Shown: piece by piece, positions 45,789-54,460 of the stretch
Layout of the letters: every line of letters starts with the position of its first letter
Position numbering within the stretch: position 1 is the first letter of the stretch
DNA from: an uncultured candidate division WWE3 bacterium
Lineage (GTDB): Bacteria; Patescibacteriota; WWE3; UBA101185; UBA10185
NCBI GenBank assembly: GCA_903879985.1
Contig: CAIRNR010000007.1
Location: 465,519 to 529,518 of the forward strand
Reading direction: 5' to 3'
DNA length: 64,000 bases
The notes under the pieces: generated by a model
The model's database searches: none
What the model saw: only the letters and a program-made list of their open reading frames with translations
What the model was told of the DNA's origin: nothing
Program-made: the position numbers and the translations under genes

Positions 45789-47576
45789 TTAATGTCTTTG
45801 AGTATTAAATAAAGTAATAACTTCGCTCACGGTTGTTGCTTCCGTTGCTTTTTTATCGTCTCTAAACTTTAATAAACGAGGAAATCTTAAGGCGTAACCG
45901 GCCGTATGGTTTTGGGAAATACTTATTTCGTCGGCGCCAATTTCCACAACAATTTTTGGCTTAACAAGTACGTCGGGGAGAAGTGGTTTACTAATGTCTA
46001 CGTTTGCTGGAAGTTTTTCTATTTTAAGTTTGTCGGCCATCTTTTTAAGCTTAATCCAATCATCTTCTTTTAGTCCTGTGCCTATTTTTGATACTGTTTT
46101 AAAGGAATCACTTTTTTCGTCATACACGCCAACCATAAATCCTCCGATACCAAACTTTGATCTAACACCTTTGCCGTTGTAATAACCTAACACCACGCAA
46201 TCAATAGAATCTCTCAATAACTTTTCGTCAGCTTTTTTAAGCTTTATCCATGAGTATGACCTTGCTCCGGCTTGATAAGGATCTTCAGGACTTTTAACGA
46301 GCAAACCTTCCAATCCTTTTTCCTTGGCAATTTCAAAGTATTCAAGTAAATCTTCAAACAAACTTGTTTCCATATGTTCATCAACAACAATTGTGTCCCC
46401 AGGTTTTATTACTTTACTTAGAATTTCACGCCTTTCCCGTAACGGTAAATGGATCAGAGATTTACCGTTTAAGTACAAAATATCAAAAACAAAATATTTT
46501 AAAGGAATGTTTTTGGCTGTCTCCGCAACATCATGCTTTCGTTTACGCGTAATAGTTTCTTGAAATGGTAAAAAAGCCCCGGTTTCTCGGTTGTATCCAA
46601 TTGCTTCGCCATCCAAGATAATTGAGTCGGCATCAATTTGTTTCATTGCCGCGTCAGTTAAGTCTGGGTATTGGTGAGTAGACTCTTCGAGATTCCTGGT
46701 AAATGTTTTAATCAGGTATTTGTTCGAATCTTTTTTCTCGGCTTCAAATAAACCTACAGCTTCCTCTTCTTTTGTAGTGTGTTTTTTGTTTTTATCAAAA
46801 TGAAGTTGTACGCGGGTGCCGTCAAATTTGAATTCGGCCCAAACGTTTTTAATTCTTTCCATGGCTTCTTCCATTCCGCTTACTCGTTGTGCTTTTTGAG
46901 AGAGCACTGGAACTCCTGTTTCGATTCTTATTTTAGCCAGACCTTCGATTCCGTTTTCCTTTATACTTTTGGCTACTAAACCAATGTCGGGATGAATGTT
47001 GTAAACAGCTTCAATATCTTCTGCGATAGTTTTGTTTTCCAAAAACTGTGCAAGCGCGGCTATAATAGTAAGCTCGGTAAATCCTAATCTGATAGTGCCT
47101 AACATTATTCTTACAGCGTATTTGGTGGATATTTTGTCGAGTAACTTAAGTAGATCTGCAGCTTTTCGCACTTTACTGTCAGTAGATCCCGTTCCGCTGG
47201 TTTGTGCCAGTACCATTAATTTTTCGTATACATCGCTAATACTTAGATTCTTTCCACGTTGGTCTGATTGTAACTGTTCGGCCACATTTCCTAGATCGCC
47301 TTCTTGAGCATAAAGTTTTGAAATTCTGTCGGCAATATTAGTTTCTTGGGCACTGGCAAAAGTGTATTCCAAAACCTTGGCTACCATTTTGTCCGCGATG
47401 TTAAAGTTTTCAGATTCAAAAGGTGCTTTTAAATATCCAGAAGCCAAATAAATAGCTTTGTCAGTTTCTTCTGGTTCAAGTTCTTGGATTAATTCGGTAA
47501 GAATACTGGTTATCTCTAGTCGTTTGGAAGTTTCTTCTAGGCGTTGTAAGTATTTAGCGAATTTGGAGAAATGCAT
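45789..47576 (-). CDS. ATP-dependent DNA ligase (archaeal/eukaryotic type)
   Basis: 595 aa with the KxDG adenylation motif AEFKFDGTRVQL, a DNA-binding N-domain and an OB domain. Confidence 0.9.
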   Translation of the reverse strand: MHFSKFAKYLQRLEETSKRLEITSILTELIQELEPEETDKAIYLASGYLKAPFESENFNIADKMVAKVLEYTFASAQETNIADRISKLYAQEGDLGNVAEQLQSDQRGKNLSISDVYEKLMVLAQTSGTGSTDSKVRKAADLLKLLDKISTKYAVRIMLGTIRLGFTELTIIAALAQFLENKTIAEDIEAVYNIHPDIGLVAKSIKENGIEGLAKIRIETGVPVLSQKAQRVSGMEEAMERIKNVWAEFKFDGTRVQLHFDKNKKHTTKEEEAVGLFEAEKKDSNKYLIKTFTRNLEESTHQYPDLTDAAMKQIDADSIILDGEAIGYNRETGAFLPFQETITRKRKHDVAETAKNIPLKYFVFDILYLNGKSLIHLPLRERREILSKVIKPGDTIVVDEHMETSLFEDLLEYFEIAKEKGLEGLLVKSPEDPYQAGARSYSWIKLKKADEKLLRDSIDCVVLGYYNGKGVRSKFGIGGFMVGVYDEKSDSFKTVSKIGTGLKEDDWIKLKKMADKLKIEKLPANVDISKPLLPDVLVKPKIVVEIGADEISISQNHTAGYALRFPRLLKFRDDKKATEATTVSEVITLFNTQRH

Positions 47577-47592
47577 GAGCCTATTTTAGCAC

Positions 47593-48585
47593 TTAGCTTA
47601 ATTCATACCTCGATGATTTTGTGCTTCCGGACTTTTGAACAATACCCTTATCAAGCAATACTTTTAAATCTCTCAATACTGAGTCTTCGGAAACGTTGGG
47701 GAACACAGTTGTAAAATCTTTATTTTGTAATATTCCATAATCCTGCAAGTATTCCACGATTCTTTCTTGTCTTTGAGATAAACGCACGCGACCTGTGGCT
47801 TTAGCAATTTTAGTATCACGAACAAGCAACTTAACTTTTTCAGATACATTTGAAACTTCGTAGCTTAATCCTTCGCAAAAATATCCGGTCCATGCAGAAA
47901 AGTCTGTGTCTATTTCGGTTGATTCGTTTAGGTTCTTTTCATAGTCACGTTTGGTTTTATAATAGTAATCTTCTAAAGATATATAACTTTTGAATCCATA
48001 ACCTTTTGATTTTAAAGTTGTATATACAATTAAATTTGCCACGGTTTCGTTGTAATTTTCAAATGGTTTAATTGTTTCCAATCTAGCTTTAAGTATTGAA
48101 GCCGTAATTATTGGGTGAGTTTCGCGAGCATCCATCGAGTTGTACCAGTCAAAGAGTTGAACAATTTCGGCCAAAATTTCCACAGGATCTGTTTTGTTTG
48201 TTTGACGTGTAGTTCTGTAGGAACCTTGCTTTGTCTCCGACAACATTTTTTGTGTAAGTATTCTATGGAACTTTTTTAGTTCCTCTTCGTGAAGCTCGTT
48301 GCTTGTAGAAATAATATTGGTTTCGTTAAGTGCTGTTTGTAGATTAGATATAAAAGGTGATTCTGCCTTTGCCATTCCATCAACAATTGATTTAACTGTT
48401 TGTGTGTCTAGGTTTGTTCCAAGTGAGGCAAGCGTATTTTGCAAGGTTTTGATTATTGCGTCTTTTTGAAGTTGTTTTTCCCAAACTGGCAGAATTGTAG
48501 TGTTATCAATTACGGCTTTTCCGTATTCAACGCTGCTGATGCTGGAAAGGATGCTTGCAGTAATTGTGTATTCGGGGACGAACAT
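47593..48585 (-). CDS. Fic/DOC-fold protein with degenerate active-site motif and C-terminal wHTH
   Basis: KPFENYNETVANL aligns where the canonical HPFxDGNGRxxR lies: His is Lys and GNGR is YNET. The C-terminus carries a winged helix (RIVEYLQDYGILQNKDF...). Confidence 0.65.
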   Translation of the reverse strand: MFVPEYTITASILSSISSVEYGKAVIDNTTILPVWEKQLQKDAIIKTLQNTLASLGTNLDTQTVKSIVDGMAKAESPFISNLQTALNETNIISTSNELHEEELKKFHRILTQKMLSETKQGSYRTTRQTNKTDPVEILAEIVQLFDWYNSMDARETHPIITASILKARLETIKPFENYNETVANLIVYTTLKSKGYGFKSYISLEDYYYKTKRDYEKNLNESTEIDTDFSAWTGYFCEGLSYEVSNVSEKVKLLVRDTKIAKATGRVRLSQRQERIVEYLQDYGILQNKDFTTVFPNVSEDSVLRDLKVLLDKGIVQKSGSTKSSRYELS

Positions 48586-48619
48586 ATATAGATAATTCTC
48601 GCATATTTACCGCAGAAGT

Positions 48620-48695
48620 GAAGCTTTAAAAAAGCAAAAAAAGAAGGTAACAAACGTTGACGTGGTGTGCCTTTTTCGTTTGTTACCCGATTTTA
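48620..48695 (-). terminator. Intrinsic terminator after the recF-downstream gene
   Basis: Perfect 11-bp stem ggtaacaaacg/cgtttgttacc followed by a T-run on the minus strand. Confidence 0.4.
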
Positions 48696-48697
48696 AC

Positions 48698-49051
48698 TTA
48701 CTTGCGTTTCTGAGGTAGCGTTAATAGAACCATATTGGTTGGATAGCCACTTATTGTAAAAATCTTAACCTTTGCTGTGGGTACGCGCAGCATAGAGTAT
48801 GTCCATTTAACATCTCTCCATGGTTTTCCCTCCCCAATTTCGATGATGTTTGGGTAATCGATTTTTCCTAAACGTGCCGCCTGCTGTTGTGCCTGCATAT
48901 TAAAGTAAGCGTCCAGCGTTTCCAACGTGGCTCTAATAAAAGGGCCTGCTATTTCACGTTCCCGCATGCATCTTACAACATCACCGTATCTTTCGGTTAA
49001 GGGTAATAGCATTTCTGTTTCATATAGAAACAACGATATGAGTATTCCCAT
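48698..49051 (-). CDS. Hypothetical protein downstream of recF (in the position DciA/DUF721 usually holds)
   Basis: 117 aa from the Met preceded by a GGAGGAG SD. I recognise no family. Confidence 0.45.
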   Translation of the reverse strand: MGILISLFLYETEMLLPLTERYGDVVRCMREREIAGPFIRATLETLDAYFNMQAQQQAARLGKIDYPNIIEIGEGKPWRDVKWTYSMLRVPTAKVKIFTISGYPTNMVLLTLPQKRK

Positions 49052-49124
49052 TTTCTCCTCCAATCTATCTATTTGTTTATCTGCGGATTGTATTTACTTT
49101 ACTATATACTGTCAAACTTTTGGT

Positions 49125-50192
49125 CTATTTTTTTGCCAACGAAATTCTTTCAAAATGCTTTCCGTCCAAAAAATCCAACTTTTCGGCACTGGTAATAATT
49201 GTTTGTTGGTTTTCAATAACATCCATAACGGCACGTCTGTGGTTGTCGTCAAGTTCCGAAAAAACATCGTCTAAAAGTAAAACAGGGCGTTCGCCTTTTT
49301 CGTGTTCAATAAAGTTAATCTCAGCAAGTTTAAGAGCTAAAATAATACTTCTTTGCTCCCCGCGAGAACCAAACTCACCTATGTTTTTGCCGCCAAATAA
49401 AATCTCAAAGTCATCTCGATGTGGCCCGATTAAGGTAGTTTTTGCGGCAATTTCTCGTTGGATAGTGTCATCAAGCTTTGCCTTTGTTAGCAAACTTTTT
49501 TTATAGTTAAGGTTCGCGTAAGGCTTTTCGGGATTTAGTTCGGCAGCAATTCTTATTAATTCAACTTCCAGTTTTTCTATGGCGTCTTTACGTTTTTCTT
49601 GAATGTACAGACCTTGCTCTAAAAGTTGGTGTGTCCAAAATTCTATTTCGTCCCAACCCCTGTTTTCGTTATGTAACTTTTCTAATATTTTATTTCGTTG
49701 TCGGAGAGATTTTGTGTAAGCCGAGTGTGCCTTTTTGTATTTAGGATCAGTCTGAACTAAAACTGAATCTAAGTAGCGTCGTCGCTCTGATGGAGAACCT
49801 GTTATTAGTTGAATATCTTCTGGTGTAAATAAAACAGAGTTAAAGACTCCGCAAAAGTATGCAATTGTTTTTGGAACTTTGTTAACTTTAACTTTTTTTG
49901 TTGATGCGTTCTCAAAGGCTTCACTTTTTATTATTTGCATGTCCAACATTAAGCTATCGTCTTTGGTTTCTGCATGTGCGGCTAGTGTCGCAAAACCAGA
50001 ATTGTATTCAATTAAATCCTTGTCGTATTTTGCTCTTGGAGACTTTCCTGTAGATAAAACATAAATGGCTTCCAAAATGTTAGTTTTGCCAATACCGTTT
50101 GGACCTTCAATCAAAGTTATGTTGCTATCAAAAGTGAAGCTCGCTTTTTTATGGCTTCTGAAGTTTGTAAGTTTTATATCTGTGATTTTCAT
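49125..50192 (-). CDS. recF: DNA replication and repair protein RecF
   Basis: Walker A GPNGIGKTNILEA and an SMC-like signature/Walker B (LLLDDVFSELD). The ATG overlaps the mutM stop (ATGA). Confidence 0.9.
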   Translation of the reverse strand: MKITDIKLTNFRSHKKASFTFDSNITLIEGPNGIGKTNILEAIYVLSTGKSPRAKYDKDLIEYNSGFATLAAHAETKDDSLMLDMQIIKSEAFENASTKKVKVNKVPKTIAYFCGVFNSVLFTPEDIQLITGSPSERRRYLDSVLVQTDPKYKKAHSAYTKSLRQRNKILEKLHNENRGWDEIEFWTHQLLEQGLYIQEKRKDAIEKLEVELIRIAAELNPEKPYANLNYKKSLLTKAKLDDTIQREIAAKTTLIGPHRDDFEILFGGKNIGEFGSRGEQRSIILALKLAEINFIEHEKGERPVLLLDDVFSELDDNHRRAVMDVIENQQTIITSAEKLDFLDGKHFERISLAKK

Positions 50193-51010
50193 TTTAACGG
50201 TTGGCAGTTGGGGCAAATATAAGAACCACGCCCGCCAATGCTTTTTACTTCAACCTTTGTACCACATGTGGGGCATGCCTTCTTCATGAAAATTCTGAAA
50301 AAGTTTTGTTGTGTTCCGGCGTTTCCAAATATATCCACATACATTCTATCCGAAAGTGTGGAACCGCGATGTGCAATTCCTTCTTTTAAAACAGTGCGTA
50401 GTGACTCTAATAGATTTTCAGCATCCTGTTGGGTTAACTGTTGTGTGGTTGTTTCAGGATGAATCTTTGATAAAAATAAGGCGTCGTTGGCATAAATATT
50501 TCCAATTCCCGCTACGAGAGATTGTTCTAAAAGTGCTTTTTTAATATTTGTTTTTTTCTTTTGAAGAATATTTAAAAATTCTCGCGCGGTAAGTCCTTCG
50601 TCTAAGGGCTCTGGACCGTACTTTTTATATAAGTCTTCTATATCGTGGTCTTGGGCGTACGCAAGTTTTCCAAAAGCGCGCATGTCGGTGAAGATTAAAT
50701 TTTTTCCATTATCTAAAACAAACACAGCTTTAACCCATTTATCCGTTTTAACATCGGGATCGCGCAACAAAACTTGTCCGGTCATAGCCAAATGAATAAT
50801 CATAGAGTCGCCGGTTTCAAAATCGATCACAATGTTTTTGGCAATACGTCTGGCACCTTTAACTTTTTTACCTTTAACATTTGCTACAAACTCATCGGCG
50901 GTAGGTTTAATATTGTAAGTCTTTGCGACTACAACCTTTTTAATAGTGCAACCGGAAATATGTTTATTTAAATCTGATGCTATTGTGTGTACTTCAGGAA
51001 GTTCTGGCAT
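50189..51010 (-). CDS. mutM: Formamidopyrimidine-DNA glycosylase (Fpg/MutM)
   Basis: MPELPEV N-terminus with the catalytic Pro2, and a C-terminal zinc finger CPTCG...CPNC. Confidence 0.85.
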   Translation of the reverse strand: MPELPEVHTIASDLNKHISGCTIKKVVVAKTYNIKPTADEFVANVKGKKVKGARRIAKNIVIDFETGDSMIIHLAMTGQVLLRDPDVKTDKWVKAVFVLDNGKNLIFTDMRAFGKLAYAQDHDIEDLYKKYGPEPLDEGLTAREFLNILQKKKTNIKKALLEQSLVAGIGNIYANDALFLSKIHPETTTQQLTQQDAENLLESLRTVLKEGIAHRGSTLSDRMYVDIFGNAGTQQNFFRIFMKKACPTCGTKVEVKSIGGRGSYICPNCQPLK

Positions 51011-52127
51011 GATCTTTTTGGTGCTGTTCCCATTTTTCCATGACAAAATCGTAATATTCTTTTTGGAATCTTTGCTTTGAGAACTTTTGCACGCTTTCTA
51101 TAATCTTTTCTGAATTATATACACCTTTTTTAATGGCTTCTTCAAACTCTAGTACTTTTCCTTTTAAACATTCCACGGTGACTTCGTCAAATAACATTCC
51201 GTTTTGACTTTCGAACACGGTTTCTAAATGGCCACCTGACTTATGTACTAATACAGGTTTTCCCTGAGACATTGCTTCTATTGGAACAATTCCAAAGTCT
51301 TCATCATCAACGGCGTTTATAAGTCCTACTGAGTTTTGGATTAAGGCTTTCTTTTCTTGGTCGCTGGCGTTTGATACAAAAATAATATTTTCTTTGGCAA
51401 GGCTTCGTAGCTTTTCTTCTTCAATACCTCTTCCTACTACAACTAGAGTTTTGCCTAATTCATTAAAAGCTTTAATTACCACGTCAAAATGTTTGTAAGC
51501 AGACATGCGACCGACAACAATAAAATATGGTGTGTCTATTTTTAATGCGGGTTCTTGTTTTTTGTATTCAATTTCTACTGGGGGGTATATTACAACCGAG
51601 TCTCGTTTATAAAACTTCTTAATTCTTTTTTGAATTTCAAAACTATTTGCGACTAAAAAGTTTGGTCTTTGCGCCGCGGCAAAATCCCATACACGTAATA
51701 GTGCATCGAGCACAGGAATAACTGGTTTAAAATACCATTTGTCTCTTTTTGCACTTTCCACACTGTATTTATATAAAAACCTTGGTGGTGTATGTATAAA
51801 ACTTATATGCAGTTGTGAAGGTTTTGTTAATACACCTTTTGCCCAACAGGCGCTGTCCGAAAGTATTAAGTCGTATTCGCGTAGGTCAAAGTTTTCAAAA
51901 ACAAATGGCATTAAAAAAGTAAGATACTTTGGAAATGTTCGAATCAATGCATTTTTAAGGTAGTGAATTTTACGATTATTTATTTGTGCCGATAGTCTTG
52001 TTGGTTCGTATAGGCTTGTATACACTTCGGCGTCGGGGAATAGTTCTGAAATAGCCTCGAATGTTTTCTCAGCTCCGCCATATTGATTTAGGTAGTCATG
52101 TATAAGTGCAACGCGTGGTTGTGCCAT
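50994..52127 (-). CDS. Family 4 (GT-B) glycosyltransferase
   Basis: EDFGIVPIEAMSQGKPV (the E-x7-E GT4 motif). Confidence 0.8.
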   Translation of the reverse strand: MAQPRVALIHDYLNQYGGAEKTFEAISELFPDAEVYTSLYEPTRLSAQINNRKIHYLKNALIRTFPKYLTFLMPFVFENFDLREYDLILSDSACWAKGVLTKPSQLHISFIHTPPRFLYKYSVESAKRDKWYFKPVIPVLDALLRVWDFAAAQRPNFLVANSFEIQKRIKKFYKRDSVVIYPPVEIEYKKQEPALKIDTPYFIVVGRMSAYKHFDVVIKAFNELGKTLVVVGRGIEEEKLRSLAKENIIFVSNASDQEKKALIQNSVGLINAVDDEDFGIVPIEAMSQGKPVLVHKSGGHLETVFESQNGMLFDEVTVECLKGKVLEFEEAIKKGVYNSEKIIESVQKFSKQRFQKEYYDFVMEKWEQHQKDHARTS

Positions 52128-52249
52128 ATACCCATTCTATCAGCTTCGTCTCGCGTTCGCTATGTGGCAGAGGATGTTTTCTATTTCTAATAGAGAAGTT
52201 ACGCCTTTTATTCTTGACATACCATGAAAGATATGAGTTCATAAATATC

Positions 52250-52753
52250 ATGAACAAAGGCTTTAGTTTGCCCATAGTTTTAATAGTTGCTTTGTTTATA
52301 TCACTGCCCGTGATGTTCTTCTTCTTTTCCACACGTGCTACAGCGCCAAACGTAAAAGGTGCATTTACAACTGCAAATGTTGGTTTTGATGTTCAGATAA
52401 GTTCAAATAAAGGTACATGGGATTTGTTTGAATTTTTATGTACAACAAAAGAAGAATGTACCACTTCATTAACAGGTGGAAAAAGGCTTGAAACAATTGG
52501 TGGTGGTCAAGTTAAAACATACGATGTAGTCGTTGAGCCCGATCAAGCGTGGAATGACTACAAATTTATTAAACTTTTTGTTAAATCAGGTTGGGGATCT
52601 CCATTTAGAACATTTTCTGTTTCAGATCCAGCACAAATTCCAGGGGCCGAAGTTACAAAAATAACTGAGGGCTTAAGTGATTACAATATAATTTTGCTGC
52701 CTATTACTTCTGTCCAAAATAGTTTTTACACCTCCATCAACTTCACAGACTAA
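52250..52753 (+). CDS. Secreted/anchored hypothetical protein
   Basis: 167 aa from the internal Met, with a signal/anchor segment (FSLPIVLIVALFISLPVMFFFF). Confidence 0.45.
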   Translation: MNKGFSLPIVLIVALFISLPVMFFFFSTRATAPNVKGAFTTANVGFDVQISSNKGTWDLFEFLCTTKEECTTSLTGGKRLETIGGGQVKTYDVVVEPDQAWNDYKFIKLFVKSGWGSPFRTFSVSDPAQIPGAEVTKITEGLSDYNIILLPITSVQNSFYTSINFTD

Positions 52754-52770
52754 TCTGCTATCATTAATCA

Positions 52771-53271
52771 ATGCAAGTTATAGATAGGACTTCCACGCTT
52801 TGGCAATATATCAAACCTGAGATTCGTGAGCTTATTGAAGATGGTGAAATTATTTTAAATTTTGTTTACAAATATCACGAAAAAGAAGAAATATCGGACT
52901 ATTCATTTTTAGTTTTTCCATTTTCAAAAGCTTATGAAGGTTTTTTAAAAGGATTTTTTTTGGATTTAGGTTTGATAAGGGAAGAAGAGTATTTCAGTGA
53001 TGATATAAGAATTGGTCGTATATTAAACCCGTATTTTACTCACGAAAAGGCAAATGTTTTTAACAAAGTTTGTGGTGGAGGAAAAGCCGGTACTGAAGTA
53101 GCTCACAGACTTTGGAATATTTGGAAACGCGGACGAAACTTAGTTTTTCATTATTTTCCGCACAACTATCGACGGTTAGGCTACGATGAAGCTTTGGATA
53201 TTATTAACGAAGTTATTGGCGCAATGAATACGGCGGTTATGCACTGCAATGTTGACGGCAAGAAGCATTGA
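52771..53271 (+). CDS. Hypothetical protein with HEPN-like Rx4H motif
   Basis: 166 aa, predicted helical, with RGRNLVFHYF (R-x4-H) near the C-terminus. Confidence 0.4.
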   Translation: MQVIDRTSTLWQYIKPEIRELIEDGEIILNFVYKYHEKEEISDYSFLVFPFSKAYEGFLKGFFLDLGLIREEEYFSDDIRIGRILNPYFTHEKANVFNKVCGGGKAGTEVAHRLWNIWKRGRNLVFHYFPHNYRRLGYDEALDIINEVIGAMNTAVMHCNVDGKKH

Positions 53272-53345
53272 TTTCTATCGCACCGCGATACATCATCAAA
53301 GCTGTTCTATCGCACCGCGATACATCAGCGAAGCTGATATAATAG
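53271..53345 (+). promoter_or_regulatory. Two tandem copies of the same promoter/operator module seen at 22077-22170, ending in the mnmA extended -10
   Basis: ctatcgcaccgcgatacatcatcaaagctgtt / ctatcgcaccgcgatacATCAGCgaaGCTGATataat; TGaTATAAT sits 8 nt before the mnmA ATG. Confidence 0.5.
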
Positions 53346-53351
53346 GCCAAT

Positions 53352-54431
53352 ATGGTGGAAGTATCTTCAGAAAATACAATTAAACAACGCGTAGCAGTTG
53401 GCTTAAGTGGCGGAGTTGATTCTTCGGTTGCTGCACTATTGCTCAAAAACGAAGGTTACGAAGTTGTTGGCGTATATATGCAATGCTGGGATATAAAGGA
53501 AGAAGGTTGTGCTGCCGATGAGGACAAAGCCTATGCCGTTCAAACTGCGGCTAAGCTTGGAATAAAGTTTGAAGCTTTGGATTTTAGAGAAGCTTACAAA
53601 CAGAGAGTTATTCAATATTTTTTCGACGAATATTCTAAAGGACGTACTCCAAATCCCGACGTTATGTGTAACAAAGAAATTAAGTTTGGAATATTTTTTG
53701 ATTGGGCAATGGAACATGGTTTTGATTTTATTTCCACTGGACATTATGCTCGGGTTAATAAAACTGGCGCCGGTTACGAATTATTAAAAGGAATAGATAC
53801 CGGCAAAGACCAATCCTACTTTTTGTATCGATTAGGTCAGGAACAATTGAGCAAAACTTTGTTTCCGGTCGGCGGTTTCAAAAAACCACAAATCAGGGAA
53901 TTGGCCAAAGAGAATATGTTACCTGCATATAAACGACCCGAGAGTATGGGCATATGTTTTATTGGTGAAGTTGATATTAAGAATTTTTTAGAGCAACGTA
54001 TTGAACATAAAAATGGAAATGTTTTAAATACTCAGGGCGAAATTATTGGTGAGCACGATGGCGTTTGGTTTTTAACAATTGGTCAGCGCCACGGATTTAA
54101 AGTTAATAAGTACACAGGAGTTCCTTTGTATGTTGTTAATAAAGACGCTGAAAAAAATGAAGTAGTTGTTGGTGTGTATGAGGAAGCTTTGCGAAATCAG
54201 TTTGTTGTTACGGATTATAGTTGGATTTTGAATGATCCCTTTGGAGACAATAATGAACTTGCATGTGATGTAAGAATTCGCCATTTGGGAAAAATGAACA
54301 ACGTCACGTTAACTAAAGTTGGAGATACTATAAATGTAAAACTTGAAAATTCTATTTTTGGTGTAGCGTCCGGACAAAGCGCTGTGTTTTATATTGACGA
54401 TTTAACTTTGGGTGGCGGTATTATTTTGTGA
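53352..54431 (+). CDS. mnmA: tRNA-specific 2-thiouridylase MnmA
   Basis: PP-loop VAVGLSGGVDSS and catalytic Cys contexts (YMQCWD, MGICF). Confidence 0.9.
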   Translation: MVEVSSENTIKQRVAVGLSGGVDSSVAALLLKNEGYEVVGVYMQCWDIKEEGCAADEDKAYAVQTAAKLGIKFEALDFREAYKQRVIQYFFDEYSKGRTPNPDVMCNKEIKFGIFFDWAMEHGFDFISTGHYARVNKTGAGYELLKGIDTGKDQSYFLYRLGQEQLSKTLFPVGGFKKPQIRELAKENMLPAYKRPESMGICFIGEVDIKNFLEQRIEHKNGNVLNTQGEIIGEHDGVWFLTIGQRHGFKVNKYTGVPLYVVNKDAEKNEVVVGVYEEALRNQFVVTDYSWILNDPFGDNNELACDVRIRHLGKMNNVTLTKVGDTINVKLENSIFGVASGQSAVFYIDDLTLGGGIIL

Positions 54432-54460
54432 GTATTCGCGAACAAAACATCGCATTAGCG

